Assembly: GCA_964012805.1 (NCBI GenBank)
Contig: CAXGUD010000011.1
Span: 32,001-96,000 of the forward strand
Direction: 5' to 3'
From: an uncultured Bacteriovoracaceae bacterium
Lineage (GTDB): Bacteria > Bdellovibrionota > Bacteriovoracia > Bacteriovoracales > Bacteriovoracaceae
Length of the DNA stretch: 64,000 bases
Position 1 is the first letter of the stretch, and every line of letters begins with the position of its first letter. Shown here one piece after another: positions 9,306-20,763 of this stretch. The notes under the pieces are model-generated. The model was given only the letters and a program-made list of their open reading frames with translations, was not told the origin of the DNA and searched no databases. Both the position numbers and the translations under genes were made by a program.

Positions 9306-11877
9306 TATCTTTATTCTCTCTGCCAACTACGACAATATTTAAACTTTTTGAAAGTATTTTTTTCAATTGAGTTGAAAAGGTTTCATAGGTTAAATTTTGT
9401 ATAGACTGGTTATTTTTGTAAAAGAAATCCAATCCTCTGCCATGAAGAACAGGAATAGAATAAATATTGGCAAAGTCTTCGTTGGTTTGAATATTGATTA
9501 AGTTTTGGCCTTCTATCATAACTTTTATTTTTTGGAACTCTTTTTTAGGAATGCCTTTATTTTTCATTTTTTCTAATATTTCCATAATTGTATTAATCGC
9601 CTGAATACTCTTGTCGTGCCCACTAGCAAGGTAAATACCCCAGTAGCCACCTTCTAATGCTGTAAAGTGAACTGGTTGTATAGAATAACAAAGTCCTTTT
9701 TTATCTCTGACTTCTACAAATAATTTAGATGATTGACCTTGGAGGTAAGTGGTTAGCATCTTAAAAATAATTGTATCTTTTGAGCCAAGTTTTCCACTTG
9801 GTATTCCTAAAAAAATTTGTGTTTGTTCCCTATCAAAATTAATAAAAACTTTTTTCCCAAAAGACATTATTTGTTTCTTTGAAGATAAAGTCTTCTTATT
9901 CCTCTCATTTAATTTGGTACAGAAAGTTTCTATGGAATTATAAACAGTATTGAAAGGCAGGTTTCCACAGTAAGTGAAAAGGATTTCTTTGTTGTTGAGA
10001 TTTGAATCGTGTAGGTCTTTTAATTTTTTTTTCGTGAGTGATTGGATTGATTTTTTACTTCCCAAAATATTTTTTTGATAAGGGTGATCGTTAAACAATA
10101 TTTTATTTAAATTTAAAAAGCATTGTTGAACAGGATCTTTCTCTTGATTATCTAAAGCTCTTAAAATCATTTCTTTTTCATGATTAATTAATTTTAAAGG
10201 AAAGTTAGGCTTTAATAATGATCCAAAAAAATGATCAACGAGGTCTTTAAAGTCCTTAGTTTGGCCGTGGAGTGATAGTCCGTAGGCATTTTTTCCAGAA
10301 AAACTTGAAAAACTTGATGATTTGTTTTCGAATATTTCTCTGAGGTAGTCATCAGAAAAATTGTCGTATCCAGAAGTTAATAAACCACTGATCATATTGT
10401 AAATACCATTGTTTTTATCACTTTCTTCTGAAAGACCACCTTTAAGAAAAGCTTGAAGAACAAAAGTTGGGTTCATTTGGTTGTATCTATAAAGAAGTTT
10501 TATTCCTTTTTTAATTTCAATTAATTTAACAAGTGGATCAAAATTAGATTTTTGGACATTTTTTGTGAGGGCCTTATCACTTTTATAATTTAATTCTTTA
10601 AGCGTCCCTAAGCTTTTTTGGAACTTCTTTATCTTAATTTCTGCTTTGTCTAAATTTTCATTTTCTGGAATTTGAAGAGCGATATGTATTGGTCTTGAAA
10701 AGATATTTCTAAGGGCAACGTTCACTTCTTGAGTGTCAATTTTTTCAATAAGGTTTATGAACTTCGCTTCTGAGTAAATATCTCCATTCTGTGCGTAGCT
10801 GTGTCCGAAGCTAAAAGCATAGGACTCTAAAGTTTCTTTGTCATAAATTTTGGATGACAAATATTGATTTTTTATTTTTTGAACTTCTTTATCTTCAAAT
10901 CCATTAATTAAGTTTTCTTTTATAATTTTGTACAAAGTCTTTTCAAGTTCATTAAAGTTTTTATAAGGGAAGCTAATTTTGATAAAATGCACTCCACCCT
11001 TTGCCATAAATAATGTGGATGAACTACTTGAGTTTGTGAGTGCGGACCCCATTACGAGGCCTTTAAAAAGCCTTGAAGACTCGCCATGCCCCAGGCAGTT
11101 TATAGCGAGATCCTCAGAAGCACTTTGACTACTCAAATAATCTGGAGCTTGAATGATAATACTAAGTTGTGCATTTTTCACATCTTTTTTATGAACCTGA
11201 ATCTTAGGTTGTGAAAAAAGCTCAAACTTTGGAAATTTTGACTTATTACCTTTTGGAAACGAAAAACTTTCTATTAATTTTGGTATAGACTTATAATTTT
11301 TTAAGTTTCCAGCGATTATAAGCATAGAGTTTGAAATGTTATAATGCTTTTTTCTAAAATTTGCTAATTGGCTTTTTGAAAAGTTTTTTATGGTTTTAGC
11401 ACCTCCTAAAATAGGATGATTATAGCCGTTCCTAAAAAACTTTCTTTGGAGTTCATGAAATGCAAATTGTCCAGGGTTATCAAGAGACCTTCTAAACTCC
11501 TCAAAGACAACTCCTCTTTCAGGGATAATTTCCTTTTTATCAAACTTGGGGTTTGAAACCATATCTAGAAGTATTTCAGTGCCTTTTTTCAAGTATTTGT
11601 TTGGAACGTTAATATAGTAGCAGGTGTAATCAAATGAGGTGAAAGCATTTATCTCTCCGCCTATAGATTCGATATCTTTTGCAATCTGTGATCCCGGCCT
11701 GTTTTCTGTTCCTTTAAAAAACATATGCTCCAGGAAGTGGGCTATTCCATAATCTTCTTTTTTTTCTAGTGCGCTTCCAGCTCTAAACCAGAATTGTATT
11801 GATGCGGCGCTTGAGCCAGGCCAGTTTACGAAAAGAGTTTTTAGATTGTTATTGAGTTCTTGAAGGTTATGGTGCAT
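9283..11877 (-). CDS. M16 family zinc metallopeptidase (pitrilysin-like, two-half single chain)
   Basis: Inverted zinc motif HFLEH (GIAHFLEHMFFKGT), NAFTS, ERGVVFEE; the second half lacks the motif. Start ATG11877 preferred, ATG11916 possible. Confidence 0.92.
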   Translation of the reverse strand: MHHNLQELNNNLKTLFVNWPGSSAASIQFWFRAGSALEKKEDYGIAHFLEHMFFKGTENRPGSQIAKDIESIGGEINAFTSFDYTCYYINVPNKYLKKGTEILLDMVSNPKFDKKEIIPERGVVFEEFRRSLDNPGQFAFHELQRKFFRNGYNHPILGGAKTIKNFSKSQLANFRKKHYNISNSMLIIAGNLKNYKSIPKLIESFSFPKGNKSKFPKFELFSQPKIQVHKKDVKNAQLSIIIQAPDYLSSQSASEDLAINCLGHGESSRLFKGLVMGSALTNSSSSSTLFMAKGGVHFIKISFPYKNFNELEKTLYKIIKENLINGFEDKEVQKIKNQYLSSKIYDKETLESYAFSFGHSYAQNGDIYSEAKFINLIEKIDTQEVNVALRNIFSRPIHIALQIPENENLDKAEIKIKKFQKSLGTLKELNYKSDKALTKNVQKSNFDPLVKLIEIKKGIKLLYRYNQMNPTFVLQAFLKGGLSEESDKNNGIYNMISGLLTSGYDNFSDDYLREIFENKSSSFSSFSGKNAYGLSLHGQTKDFKDLVDHFFGSLLKPNFPLKLINHEKEMILRALDNQEKDPVQQCFLNLNKILFNDHPYQKNILGSKKSIQSLTKKKLKDLHDSNLNNKEILFTYCGNLPFNTVYNSIETFCTKLNERNKKTLSSKKQIMSFGKKVFINFDREQTQIFLGIPSGKLGSKDTIIFKMLTTYLQGQSSKLFVEVRDKKGLCYSIQPVHFTALEGGYWGIYLASGHDKSIQAINTIMEILEKMKNKGIPKKEFQKIKVMIEGQNLINIQTNEDFANIYSIPVLHGRGLDFFYKNNQSIQNLTYETFSTQLKKILSKSLNIVVVGRENKDIKKFFSS

Positions 11878-11985
11878 ATTGTCTTTTTCCTGATCGTCTA
11901 AGGTTCCAGTTTTCATTGTCTGTTAATTGTGACGGTAAATTATATATTAGGATACTTTTTTTATATTGATTGGAGAATTGATATT

Positions 11986-13134
11986 TTGGAAGACAAGAAA
12001 ATAAAAATTGAAGACGAAGTGAAGTCCCTTTATATCCACTTTCCTTTTTGCAAGCATATTTGTAATTATTGTGACTTTTATAAGAGGGTGCCTAGTGAGG
12101 CTTACAATGTTTCTTCTTTTCATAACTTATTTAATGAACAGGATGTAGTCCATGAAAGAATTTTATCAACAAGAGGTTTAAAGCTTGGTGGGTTGGAGAC
12201 TTTGTACATTGGGGGAGGAACTCCTTCTCTTTGGGGTGAGGAGGGCGCTCGTTTCCTAGAGTTATTTTTGCGGAAAAAGGGTTTAGAGCTAAATAATAAA
12301 GGAGAGTATACCCTTGAGGTTAATCCAGGTACATGGACTGATAAGGTAATTTCTCGCTGGTTAAAAGCTGGGATAAATAGGTTTTCTGTTGGGGTTCAAT
12401 CTTTAGATGAACGCTTTTTACCAATACTTGATCGGGTTCATACACTTCATGAATCCTTTGAGTTACTTGATTATTTCAAAGGAGTAGAGCTCGATTACTC
12501 TGTAGATTTTATGTTAGGGCTTCCGAACTCTGAAAGTCTTCAACGGAATGTTTTAGAAGAATTAGATAAAATATTATTTTATAAGCCATCCCATATAAGT
12601 CTATATATTTTGACAACGAAAGAAAGTTATATTCATCAAAAATCTTTGCCTAAAGATGATTGGATAGCAGAGGAATATTTAAAAGTGTCTAACTTTTTAA
12701 TTGAAAGAGGTTTTAATCATTATGAAGTCTCCAATTTCTCTCTTCCTGGGAAAGAGTCTAAGCATAATTTACGATATTGGAGCCTTGATTCTGTCGCTGC
12801 ACTTGGGCCATCTGGAACAGGTTTTCTTAAAGGTAATAATGGAGGCTTTCGCTATAAATGGAATGTTCATGATAGTAGGGTAAAGGAGGAGGTCCTAAGC
12901 AAGAGAGAGTTTGAGCTGGAGAAGATCTATCTCAGTCTGAGAACTTTTCGAGGACTAAATGTAAGCGATTTATTTGGCAAAGATAATGACCATGCCTTAT
13001 ATTCGTTGATTGATGAGTGGCGTTTGAAGGGCTACTTGAGTTCCCTTGAAAATGAGAGGGTGAGTCTTTCCCCTAAAGGCTTTTTATTGTTGGATTCTAT
13101 AATGGATGATCTTTTTAGGGAAAAGATTGTATAG
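11986..13134 (+). CDS. hemW: Radical SAM heme chaperone HemW (HemN-like)
   Basis: LYIHFPFCKHICNYCDF, GGGTPS, YEVSNF, HNLRYW signature; sits upstream of grpE. TTG11986 follows GGAG. Confidence 0.85.
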   Translation: MEDKKIKIEDEVKSLYIHFPFCKHICNYCDFYKRVPSEAYNVSSFHNLFNEQDVVHERILSTRGLKLGGLETLYIGGGTPSLWGEEGARFLELFLRKKGLELNNKGEYTLEVNPGTWTDKVISRWLKAGINRFSVGVQSLDERFLPILDRVHTLHESFELLDYFKGVELDYSVDFMLGLPNSESLQRNVLEELDKILFYKPSHISLYILTTKESYIHQKSLPKDDWIAEEYLKVSNFLIERGFNHYEVSNFSLPGKESKHNLRYWSLDSVAALGPSGTGFLKGNNGGFRYKWNVHDSRVKEEVLSKREFELEKIYLSLRTFRGLNVSDLFGKDNDHALYSLIDEWRLKGYLSSLENERVSLSPKGFLLLDSIMDDLFREKIV

Positions 13135-13182
13135 TTATTTCAAATACTTATGCCCCTTTTGTACTTTTTTTTATCTATCATA

Positions 13183-13210
13183 TTGACACCTCTGAAACCA
13201 CCTCCATCTT
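13183..13210 (+). promoter_or_regulatory. Putative promoter of grpE-dnaK (sigma32-like or sigma70-like)
   Basis: TTGACA-N13-CTCCATCT, resembling the RpoH consensus TTGAAA-N13/14-CCCCATnT; also readable as TTGACA-N16-CATCTT. Confidence 0.45.
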
Positions 13211-13252
13211 AGAGTGAGATTAAAATTAACTTCATTTTTGAGGACAAAAATA

Positions 13253-13885
13253 ATGACTGAGACTGTAGAAAGTAAGAAGGAAAAAACATCTGAACAAGCG
13301 GCGAATGCAAGTGCTTCTGATGATTTAAAGGAAACTGAAGAGAGTTGTGAGATGTCTGATGATAATGTTGGGAGATCTGACGTTGAAAAAAACTCCGATG
13401 AAAACGGTGAAAGTAACGTTGAAGAGCTAAGGAAAGAATCTAAAGCTGAAAGTGAACAAGAAGACTTTAAAAAGAAGTTTTATTATCTTGCAGCTGAAAT
13501 GGAAAATATGAAGAGAAGATCTTCTAAAGAAAAAGAAAACCTCATTAAGTTTGGTAATGAGAAAATTCTTTCATCTCTTTTGGATGTTGTTGATAACTTG
13601 GAAAGAACGGTACAAGCTATTGAATCTGAAGAAGATGAGAAAATTAAAAACATTGCTAGTGGTATAAAAATGGTTCATGGGCAATTCATAGATGTCCTGG
13701 AAAAGAATGGCTTAAACATAGTGGAAGCTGTTGGTAAACCATTTGATCCTAGATTCCATGAAGCCATGGCTCACCAGCCAATGGAAGGAAAGGAAGATGA
13801 TGAAATTATATCAGAATATCAAAAGGGCTATGTTTTAAATGGCAGACTTTTGAGAGCTTCAAAGGTCATTGTAGTAAAGAATTAA
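13253..13885 (+). CDS. grpE: Nucleotide exchange factor GrpE
   Basis: AEMENMKRR, LLDVVDNLER, FDPRFHEA, QKGYVLNGRLLRASKV; GAGGA SD before ATG13253. Confidence 0.95.
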   Translation: MTETVESKKEKTSEQAANASASDDLKETEESCEMSDDNVGRSDVEKNSDENGESNVEELRKESKAESEQEDFKKKFYYLAAEMENMKRRSSKEKENLIKFGNEKILSSLLDVVDNLERTVQAIESEEDEKIKNIASGIKMVHGQFIDVLEKNGLNIVEAVGKPFDPRFHEAMAHQPMEGKEDDEIISEYQKGYVLNGRLLRASKVIVVKN

Positions 13886-13979
13886 AGAAATTGAGAATAA
13901 TTAGTTAGTTATATAAATTGTAATTAGAAACCCAGGAATGAAAAAATCGCTTTTTTTGGGTTTTTGTAAGGAGAGAGAA

Positions 13980-15935
13980 ATGGGAAAGATTATAGGTATT
14001 GATTTGGGAACAACAAACTCTTGTGTTTCTGTTTTAGAAAATGGGAAGTATAAGATTATTCCAAACTCTGAGGGCCACAATACAACACCTTCAATCATCG
14101 GGTTTTCCAATGCTGGTGAGAGACTTGTTGGTCAAGTTGCGAAAAGACAAGCTGTTACAAACCCTAAAAAAACTCTTTTTGGAATTAAAAGACTTATTGG
14201 TAGAAAAAATAATGCAGCTGAGGTTGAAACTTTTAGAAATGTTGCTCCTTTTGAAATATTTGCTAATAAAAACGGAGATGCTTGGGTTAAAGCTGACGGA
14301 CAAGAGATTTCTCCACAAGAAATTTCGGCTGCTGTTCTTGAAAAAATGAAAGTCGCTGCTGAAGAATATCTTGGTGAGGATGTCACCGAAGCAGTTATTA
14401 CTGTTCCAGCATATTTTAACGATGCTCAGAGACAGGCAACTAAGGATGCCGGTCGTATTGCCGGACTTGATGTAAAGAGAATTATTAATGAGCCTACAGC
14501 AGCAGCGCTTGCTTATGGACTTGATTCAAAACAAGATAAAAATATTGCCGTTTTTGATTTTGGTGGTGGTACTTTTGATATTTCTGTTTTGGAAATAACC
14601 TCTGAAGGTGTTTTTGAGGTTAAAGCAACAAATGGGAATACTTTCCTTGGTGGTGAAGACTTCGATTATAGAATTATTGACTTCCTTGCAGAAGAATTTA
14701 AAAAAGAGAACGGTGTTGATTTGAAGCAAGATTCAATGGCCCTTCAAAGACTTAAAGAAGCTGCAGAAAAAGCCAAGCATGAGTTATCTAACGTTACTCA
14801 AACAGACATTAACCTTCCATTTATCACAGCTGATGCGACAGGTCCAAAACACTTAAATGTTAATCTATCAAGAGCTAAGTTTGAATCTCTTGTAGCTGAC
14901 CTTTTAGATGGGCTTGCTGAACCTTGTAATACGGCTCTTCAAGACTCTGGCTTGTCTGCAAGTGAAATTCATGAAGTTGTTATGGTTGGTGGGTCGACTC
15001 GTGTTCCTGCTGTACAGGAAAGAGTTAAGCAAATCTTTGGAAAAGATCCTAATAAAGGAGTGAACCCTGATGAAGTTGTTGCAGCTGGAGCGGCTATTCA
15101 AGGTGGTGTTCTTGCAGGCGACGTTAAAGATGTTCTTCTTTTAGATGTAACACCTCTTTCTTTGGGAATTGAAACTCTTGGTGGTGTTTCAACTAAAATT
15201 ATCGAAAAAAATACAACTGTACCTGTTAAGAAATCACAAGTTTTTTCAACAGCTCAGGATAATCAACCAGCTGTTAGCATTCACGTTCTTCAAGGTGAAA
15301 GAGAATTTGCTAAAGACAACAAGACTTTAGGTAGGTTTGACTTAACTGGAATTGCACCAGCTCCAAGAGGTATTCCTCAGATTGAAGTTACTTTTGATAT
15401 TGATGCGAACGGAATTGTTCACGTTTCTGCTGTTGATAAGGCAACTGGAAAGTCTCAGGAAATAAAAATTACAAGTGGTTCAGGTCTTACCGAGGAAGAA
15501 ATTCAGCAAATGGTAAGAGATGCTGAGGAAAATAGAGACTCTGATCAAAAAAGAAGAGAGGTTGTTGATACTAGAAACCAACTTGATTCTATGATTGTGG
15601 CAGCTGAAAATATGTTAAAAGAAGGAAAAGATAAATTATCTGATGCCGCAAAAGGTGAAGTTGAAGGTGCTGTGACAGAAGCAAAGAAATACTTAGAAAG
15701 TGAAAGCATTGATGAGCTAAAAGCTGCTATTGAGAAACTTCAAGGTGTCACCCATAAAGTTGCTGGAGAAATGTATCAGCAAGATGGTGGACCTCAAGGG
15801 CCAGGGCCTCAGGGACCAGGAGCTCAAGGGGCAGGGCCTCAGGGGCCAGGAGCTCAAAATTCTGGAGGACAAGACTCTGGAAAGTCCGATAAAAAAGATG
15901 ATGATGTTGTCGATGCAGACTTTAAAGAGGTTTAA
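13980..15935 (+). CDS. dnaK: Molecular chaperone DnaK
   Basis: [48 protein letters not shown] before ATG13980. Confidence 0.98.
   Translation: MGKIIGIDLGTTNSCVSVLENGKYKIIPNSEGHNTTPSIIGFSNAGERLVGQVAKRQAVTNPKKTLFGIKRLIGRKNNAAEVETFRNVAPFEIFANKNGDAWVKADGQEISPQEISAAVLEKMKVAAEEYLGEDVTEAVITVPAYFNDAQRQATKDAGRIAGLDVKRIINEPTAAALAYGLDSKQDKNIAVFDFGGGTFDISVLEITSEGVFEVKATNGNTFLGGEDFDYRIIDFLAEEFKKENGVDLKQDSMALQRLKEAAEKAKHELSNVTQTDINLPFITADATGPKHLNVNLSRAKFESLVADLLDGLAEPCNTALQDSGLSASEIHEVVMVGGSTRVPAVQERVKQIFGKDPNKGVNPDEVVAAGAAIQGGVLAGDVKDVLLLDVTPLSLGIETLGGVSTKIIEKNTTVPVKKSQVFSTAQDNQPAVSIHVLQGEREFAKDNKTLGRFDLTGIAPAPRGIPQIEVTFDIDANGIVHVSAVDKATGKSQEIKITSGSGLTEEEIQQMVRDAEENRDSDQKRREVVDTRNQLDSMIVAAENMLKEGKDKLSDAAKGEVEGAVTEAKKYLESESIDELKAAIEKLQGVTHKVAGEMYQQDGGPQGPGPQGPGAQGAGPQGPGAQNSGGQDSGKSDKKDDDVVDADFKEV
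15789..15863 (+). repeat. 15-bp tandem coding repeat (5 degenerate units) in the DnaK C-terminal tail
   Basis: ggacctcaagggcca / gggcctcagggacca / ggagctcaaggggca / gggcctcaggggcca / ggagctcaaaattct, encoding [25 protein letters not shown]. Confidence 0.85.
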
Positions 15936-15974
15936 AAGGAAATAATTTATTAACTTTTTTCTTATTTATACTAG

Positions 15975-16009
15975 AAAAGCGGCCTATATTTAGTGTAGGC
16001 CGTTTTTTT
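15975..16009 (+). terminator. Intrinsic terminator between dnaK and dnaJ
   Basis: Stem GCGGCCTATA / TGTAGGCCGT followed by a T run. Confidence 0.8.
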
Positions 16010-16029
16010 ATTTTGTAAGGTGCAGAAAT

Positions 16030-17145
16030 ATGAGCAAAAGAGATTACTACGACGTTTTGGGTGTTGGGAAAAGTTCTGATAAGGACGAGATCAAAAAAGC
16101 CTATAGAAAAATGGCCATGAAATATCACCCAGACAGAAACCCAGATAACCAAGAGGCAGAAGCCAAGTTTAAAGAGGCATCTGAGGCTGCTGAGGTTTTG
16201 TTGGATGAGCAAAAGAGATCTAGATATGATCAATTTGGTCATGCTGGAGTAGATGGGCAGACAGGTAGTGGCTTTAGCGATTTTTCTGACCTTGGGGACA
16301 TCTTTGGAGATATTTTTGGAGACTTTTTCGGCGGCGGGAGCAGACGGGGAAGATCTGGGAGAAGCCGAGGGCGTCCTGGCGAAGATATGCAGATGACTTT
16401 GAATGTTTCTTTCACTGAAGCTGCTTTTGGTGTTGAAAAGAAAATTTCTATAAATAGGTTTGTTTCTTGTGATGCTTGTCATGGGACTGGTGGAAGGAAT
16501 GGCTCTCAACCAACTACATGTGATATGTGTGGTGGTGCGGGAGAAATTCGAAGGCAACAAGGCTTTTTTACTGTTGCAACAACATGTCCGAAGTGCCAAG
16601 GAAGTGGAACGATGATTTCTGACCCATGTCATAAATGTCGTGGTGAAGGCCGAGTACGTGGAAAGTCTGACTTAGCTATAAAGGTTCCTGCAGGTATTGA
16701 TAGTGGACAGCGCTTGAAGCTCTCTGGAGAGGGGGGAAGCGGTTCTTTAGGAGGTCCATCTGGAGACCTATATGTTTTAGTTGAGATTGATGAGCATGAG
16801 TTTTTTGACAGAGAAGGCTTTGATGTTAGGTGCACTGTGCCAGTAAGCTTCTCGCAGGCGGCACTTGGAGCAGAATTGGAGGTTCCTACTTTAACAGGAA
16901 GAGTCTCCTTAAAAATACCTCCTGGAACACAGTCTGGAAAAAAAATGAGGCTTAAGTCTAAAGGGATTCAAAAGTTGGGTGGATATGGATATGGCGATCA
17001 AATCATAGGAATTCACGTTGAAACTCCGACGAAATTGACCTCTGAGCAAAGGGAAATTTTTGAGTCTTTAGGACGGCTTGATAATAAGTCTTCACACCCT
17101 ATGGCAAAGGGCTTTTTTGAAAAAGTTAAAAACCTTTTTCAGTAA
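16030..17145 (+). CDS. dnaJ: Molecular chaperone DnaJ
   Basis: J domain with HPD, G/F-rich region, four CxxCxGxG repeats. Confidence 0.97.
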   Translation: MSKRDYYDVLGVGKSSDKDEIKKAYRKMAMKYHPDRNPDNQEAEAKFKEASEAAEVLLDEQKRSRYDQFGHAGVDGQTGSGFSDFSDLGDIFGDIFGDFFGGGSRRGRSGRSRGRPGEDMQMTLNVSFTEAAFGVEKKISINRFVSCDACHGTGGRNGSQPTTCDMCGGAGEIRRQQGFFTVATTCPKCQGSGTMISDPCHKCRGEGRVRGKSDLAIKVPAGIDSGQRLKLSGEGGSGSLGGPSGDLYVLVEIDEHEFFDREGFDVRCTVPVSFSQAALGAELEVPTLTGRVSLKIPPGTQSGKKMRLKSKGIQKLGGYGYGDQIIGIHVETPTKLTSEQREIFESLGRLDNKSSHPMAKGFFEKVKNLFQ

Positions 17146-17233
17146 TTGAGTATATAAAGAACTTTTTACTTAATGACACAGTCTCTGTAAAATAGCGGTC
17201 AAGAGTTTCGTTTGTCTTTACTTAGGAAGATTT

Positions 17234-19264
17234 ATGTATCGTAATTTTGTAAACCTTTGTATTACAGTTTTTATACTTGTTAAGGTTTTAGGATGCTCGG
17301 GAATTAGTACACTTGCTGACAAGGGGATAAAGAAAAGCCTTTATTCAAAGGGCTTCCTTGCTTTAATAGAAACAGCTAAAAGTAACTATCAAAATGGGAG
17401 TTTTGATAAGGCCCTCTCAATTTTGAAAGGTATGAAAGATCAAGACCTTCTTCCATCTGAAAGGTCAATGAGGAGAAACCTTCAGGGAGTGGTCCTTTTT
17501 TCTAAAGGCAATTACGAACAGGCCGTTTACAATTTTGAACTCGCTTTAGTTACTTCACGCCTGGATGGTTATTTAGATGCCCAAATTTATCTTAATTTAG
17601 CAAGTACTTACTTTAAAATGGGTCTTTACGAAAAGGGATTTTCGTCGATAAAAATGGTAAGATATGAGACTTTTAATAAAAGAGAGTTAAAAAATTATCA
17701 AAATCTTCATTACAAGCTAGCTAAAGAGGTTGGTGACGAGAAAGAAGCCCTTTTCTCTTTAACTAGTTTTTTAGATGAGAAAAAATCTGTCAGAGACCTT
17801 ACATCCAATCCCCATTTTGAATATTTGAAAAAGATCTTCTTTAATTTAAGTAGAACTGAAAGAGTCCGTTTTTTAGAACGTTTTGCTGAAAAGAAAAATT
17901 TCTCTGTTGGATACTTGGCTTATCTCCAGGTTGAGAAGTTATTTTACCAAGGAAATTTAGATGAAGCTAAGGACTTAACTTCTTGGTTGAAAAGAAAATT
18001 TGAAGAAAATGTAGAGCTTGTCGAGTTAGTGCAGTCTTTCACTAATAAAATTGATAATAATGATGGTGAGATCGACCCTTACTCTGTGGGAATTGTTCTT
18101 CCTTTGAGTGGGGCTAAAGCCATTTTTGGGAATAGAGCATTAGAGGGCGTAGATAGTGGTTTTAGAGATTTTCTAAAAAGAAATGGAAGTAGTGAAAAAC
18201 CTTTAAAAATATTTGTTGAAGACTCGAAAGGAAGTGGTGTCGTCGGCTCATTTCGTGTCGAGAAGTTGGCTAAAAAGAATAAAGTTTCAGTAATTATTGG
18301 AGGTCTTTTTTCCGATGAAGCCGAAAAAGAGTATTTAGCAGCTAAAAAAAGAGGAATCTTTTTTATCTCTTTGTCACAGGTTTATCTACCAAAGGAACAA
18401 AAGGATCACCTTTTATTAGAAATACCTGGATCTGTTGAATCGCAAGTAAACAAGTTATTTGCTGAAGATATGATCAAAAAGTTTGGATCTAAAGTTGCTA
18501 TTATTTATCCTGAAAGCACAAGAGGCAAAGCTTATATCGATGAGTTTTGGAGAAGGTCTCAATTAAAAGGTGTGAACGTCAATGGAATAGCTTCATTTCA
18601 AAAGGGCTTAAGTGATTATAGAGACCCTGTAATGAACTTACTGGGCCTTAAGTTCAAGAGGGAAAGGCAAGAAGAGCTTGAAATACTTTCAGAAATTCAC
18701 TCTCTTGAAAGAAATACCTCTGCTAGGAGAATCCAAACTCTTAAGCCTCAGATAGATTTTGATTGGGTTTTTGTGCCCGCTTTACCAAGGGAAGCCCTTC
18801 AGATTGTTCCAGCTTTTAATTATTATGATGCTTTTAGATTAAATATTATCGGAGGCCCTAGTTGGAGAAGTCACTCTTTGGCTAAAGAGGCTTCTGACAT
18901 AGGGAAATTGTTTTTTATTGGCGAAGATGTTCAGCCAGTTGCACACGACTTCAGTCAACGTTTTTTAGATAGATACAGAAGAAAGCCTAAACTTGTTGAA
19001 ATGCGAAGTTATGACGCCTTTAAGATTCTAGAGGCGTTACTTAATTCAAACTTTTCCAATAGAAATCAGCTGGAGTCTTTGATAAGAGAAAAAGCCTTCT
19101 TAAGCGGTTTAACAGGTAACTGGAGTTTAAGAGAAGGTGTTTGGTTCAAGGAGATGATTACTCTTCGTTTGAAGAAAGGCAAGGTTGAAAGGGTTCCAAT
19201 CTTAGAGAGTCAAGGAGGGGAAACTCCCCTTTCTGCAAATAATAAGGAACCCCGAGGGGTTTAA
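17234..19264 (+). CDS. LpoA/LppC-like lipoprotein (TPR region plus periplasmic binding protein type I fold)
   Basis: Lipobox-like VLGC, TPR-like N-terminal half, VGIVLPLSG, IIGGLF, IDFDWVFVP, LSGLTG. Confidence 0.75.
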   Translation: MYRNFVNLCITVFILVKVLGCSGISTLADKGIKKSLYSKGFLALIETAKSNYQNGSFDKALSILKGMKDQDLLPSERSMRRNLQGVVLFSKGNYEQAVYNFELALVTSRLDGYLDAQIYLNLASTYFKMGLYEKGFSSIKMVRYETFNKRELKNYQNLHYKLAKEVGDEKEALFSLTSFLDEKKSVRDLTSNPHFEYLKKIFFNLSRTERVRFLERFAEKKNFSVGYLAYLQVEKLFYQGNLDEAKDLTSWLKRKFEENVELVELVQSFTNKIDNNDGEIDPYSVGIVLPLSGAKAIFGNRALEGVDSGFRDFLKRNGSSEKPLKIFVEDSKGSGVVGSFRVEKLAKKNKVSVIIGGLFSDEAEKEYLAAKKRGIFFISLSQVYLPKEQKDHLLLEIPGSVESQVNKLFAEDMIKKFGSKVAIIYPESTRGKAYIDEFWRRSQLKGVNVNGIASFQKGLSDYRDPVMNLLGLKFKRERQEELEILSEIHSLERNTSARRIQTLKPQIDFDWVFVPALPREALQIVPAFNYYDAFRLNIIGGPSWRSHSLAKEASDIGKLFFIGEDVQPVAHDFSQRFLDRYRRKPKLVEMRSYDAFKILEALLNSNFSNRNQLESLIREKAFLSGLTGNWSLREGVWFKEMITLRLKKGKVERVPILESQGGETPLSANNKEPRGV

Positions 19265-19265
19265 G

Positions 19266-19376
19266 CTAAACTTTTGCCTTTGCTTTTTCAACTCTGTTTT
19301 TAAGGCGTAGTTTAAGCTTTAGTTGTGATTTTTTCCTATTCATTTTTGAAACTGTTCTTTTTCTTCCTTTTCCCAT
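19266..19376 (-). CDS. Small highly basic protein, 36 aa (not in ORF track)
   Basis: AAGGAG SD 5 nt before ATG; MGKGRKRTVSKMNRKKSQLKLKLRLKNRVEKAKAKV*; ends 1 nt from the convergent gene's stop; small hairpin just downstream. Confidence 0.7.
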   Translation of the reverse strand: MGKGRKRTVSKMNRKKSQLKLKLRLKNRVEKAKAKV

Positions 19377-19660
19377 GGGGACTCCTTATGATGTGTTGCG
19401 AAAAAAGCTTTGCTGAAATGATATTAGGGGATCTTAGTTTTTTTGGCAAGCTAAAAGCTTAGCCATTTTTTTCTCAATGCGTTGTCGGAAGGTTTTTTAT
19501 CTAAGACTTTTGTTTATAAGATGACTAAAGAAATTAGACTTTTGTAGGTCTTTACATTTAGAATGTTATGAAGCTTTTATTTTTGAGTAGTTGATTCGAT
19601 CATATAAAAAAGTGGAGTAATTACTCAATTTAAAAGTTAAACGGAGTTTTTAAAGATTAA

Positions 19661-20728
<1,068 letters not shown>

Positions 20729-20763
20729 TTCTTATTTCTGACCTAGGTTAAGGAGGACCTGAA

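Noticed and set aside
15922..16632. 236-aa - strand ORF
   Set aside because: Antisense shadow of dnaJ that crosses the terminator; no recognisable motifs.
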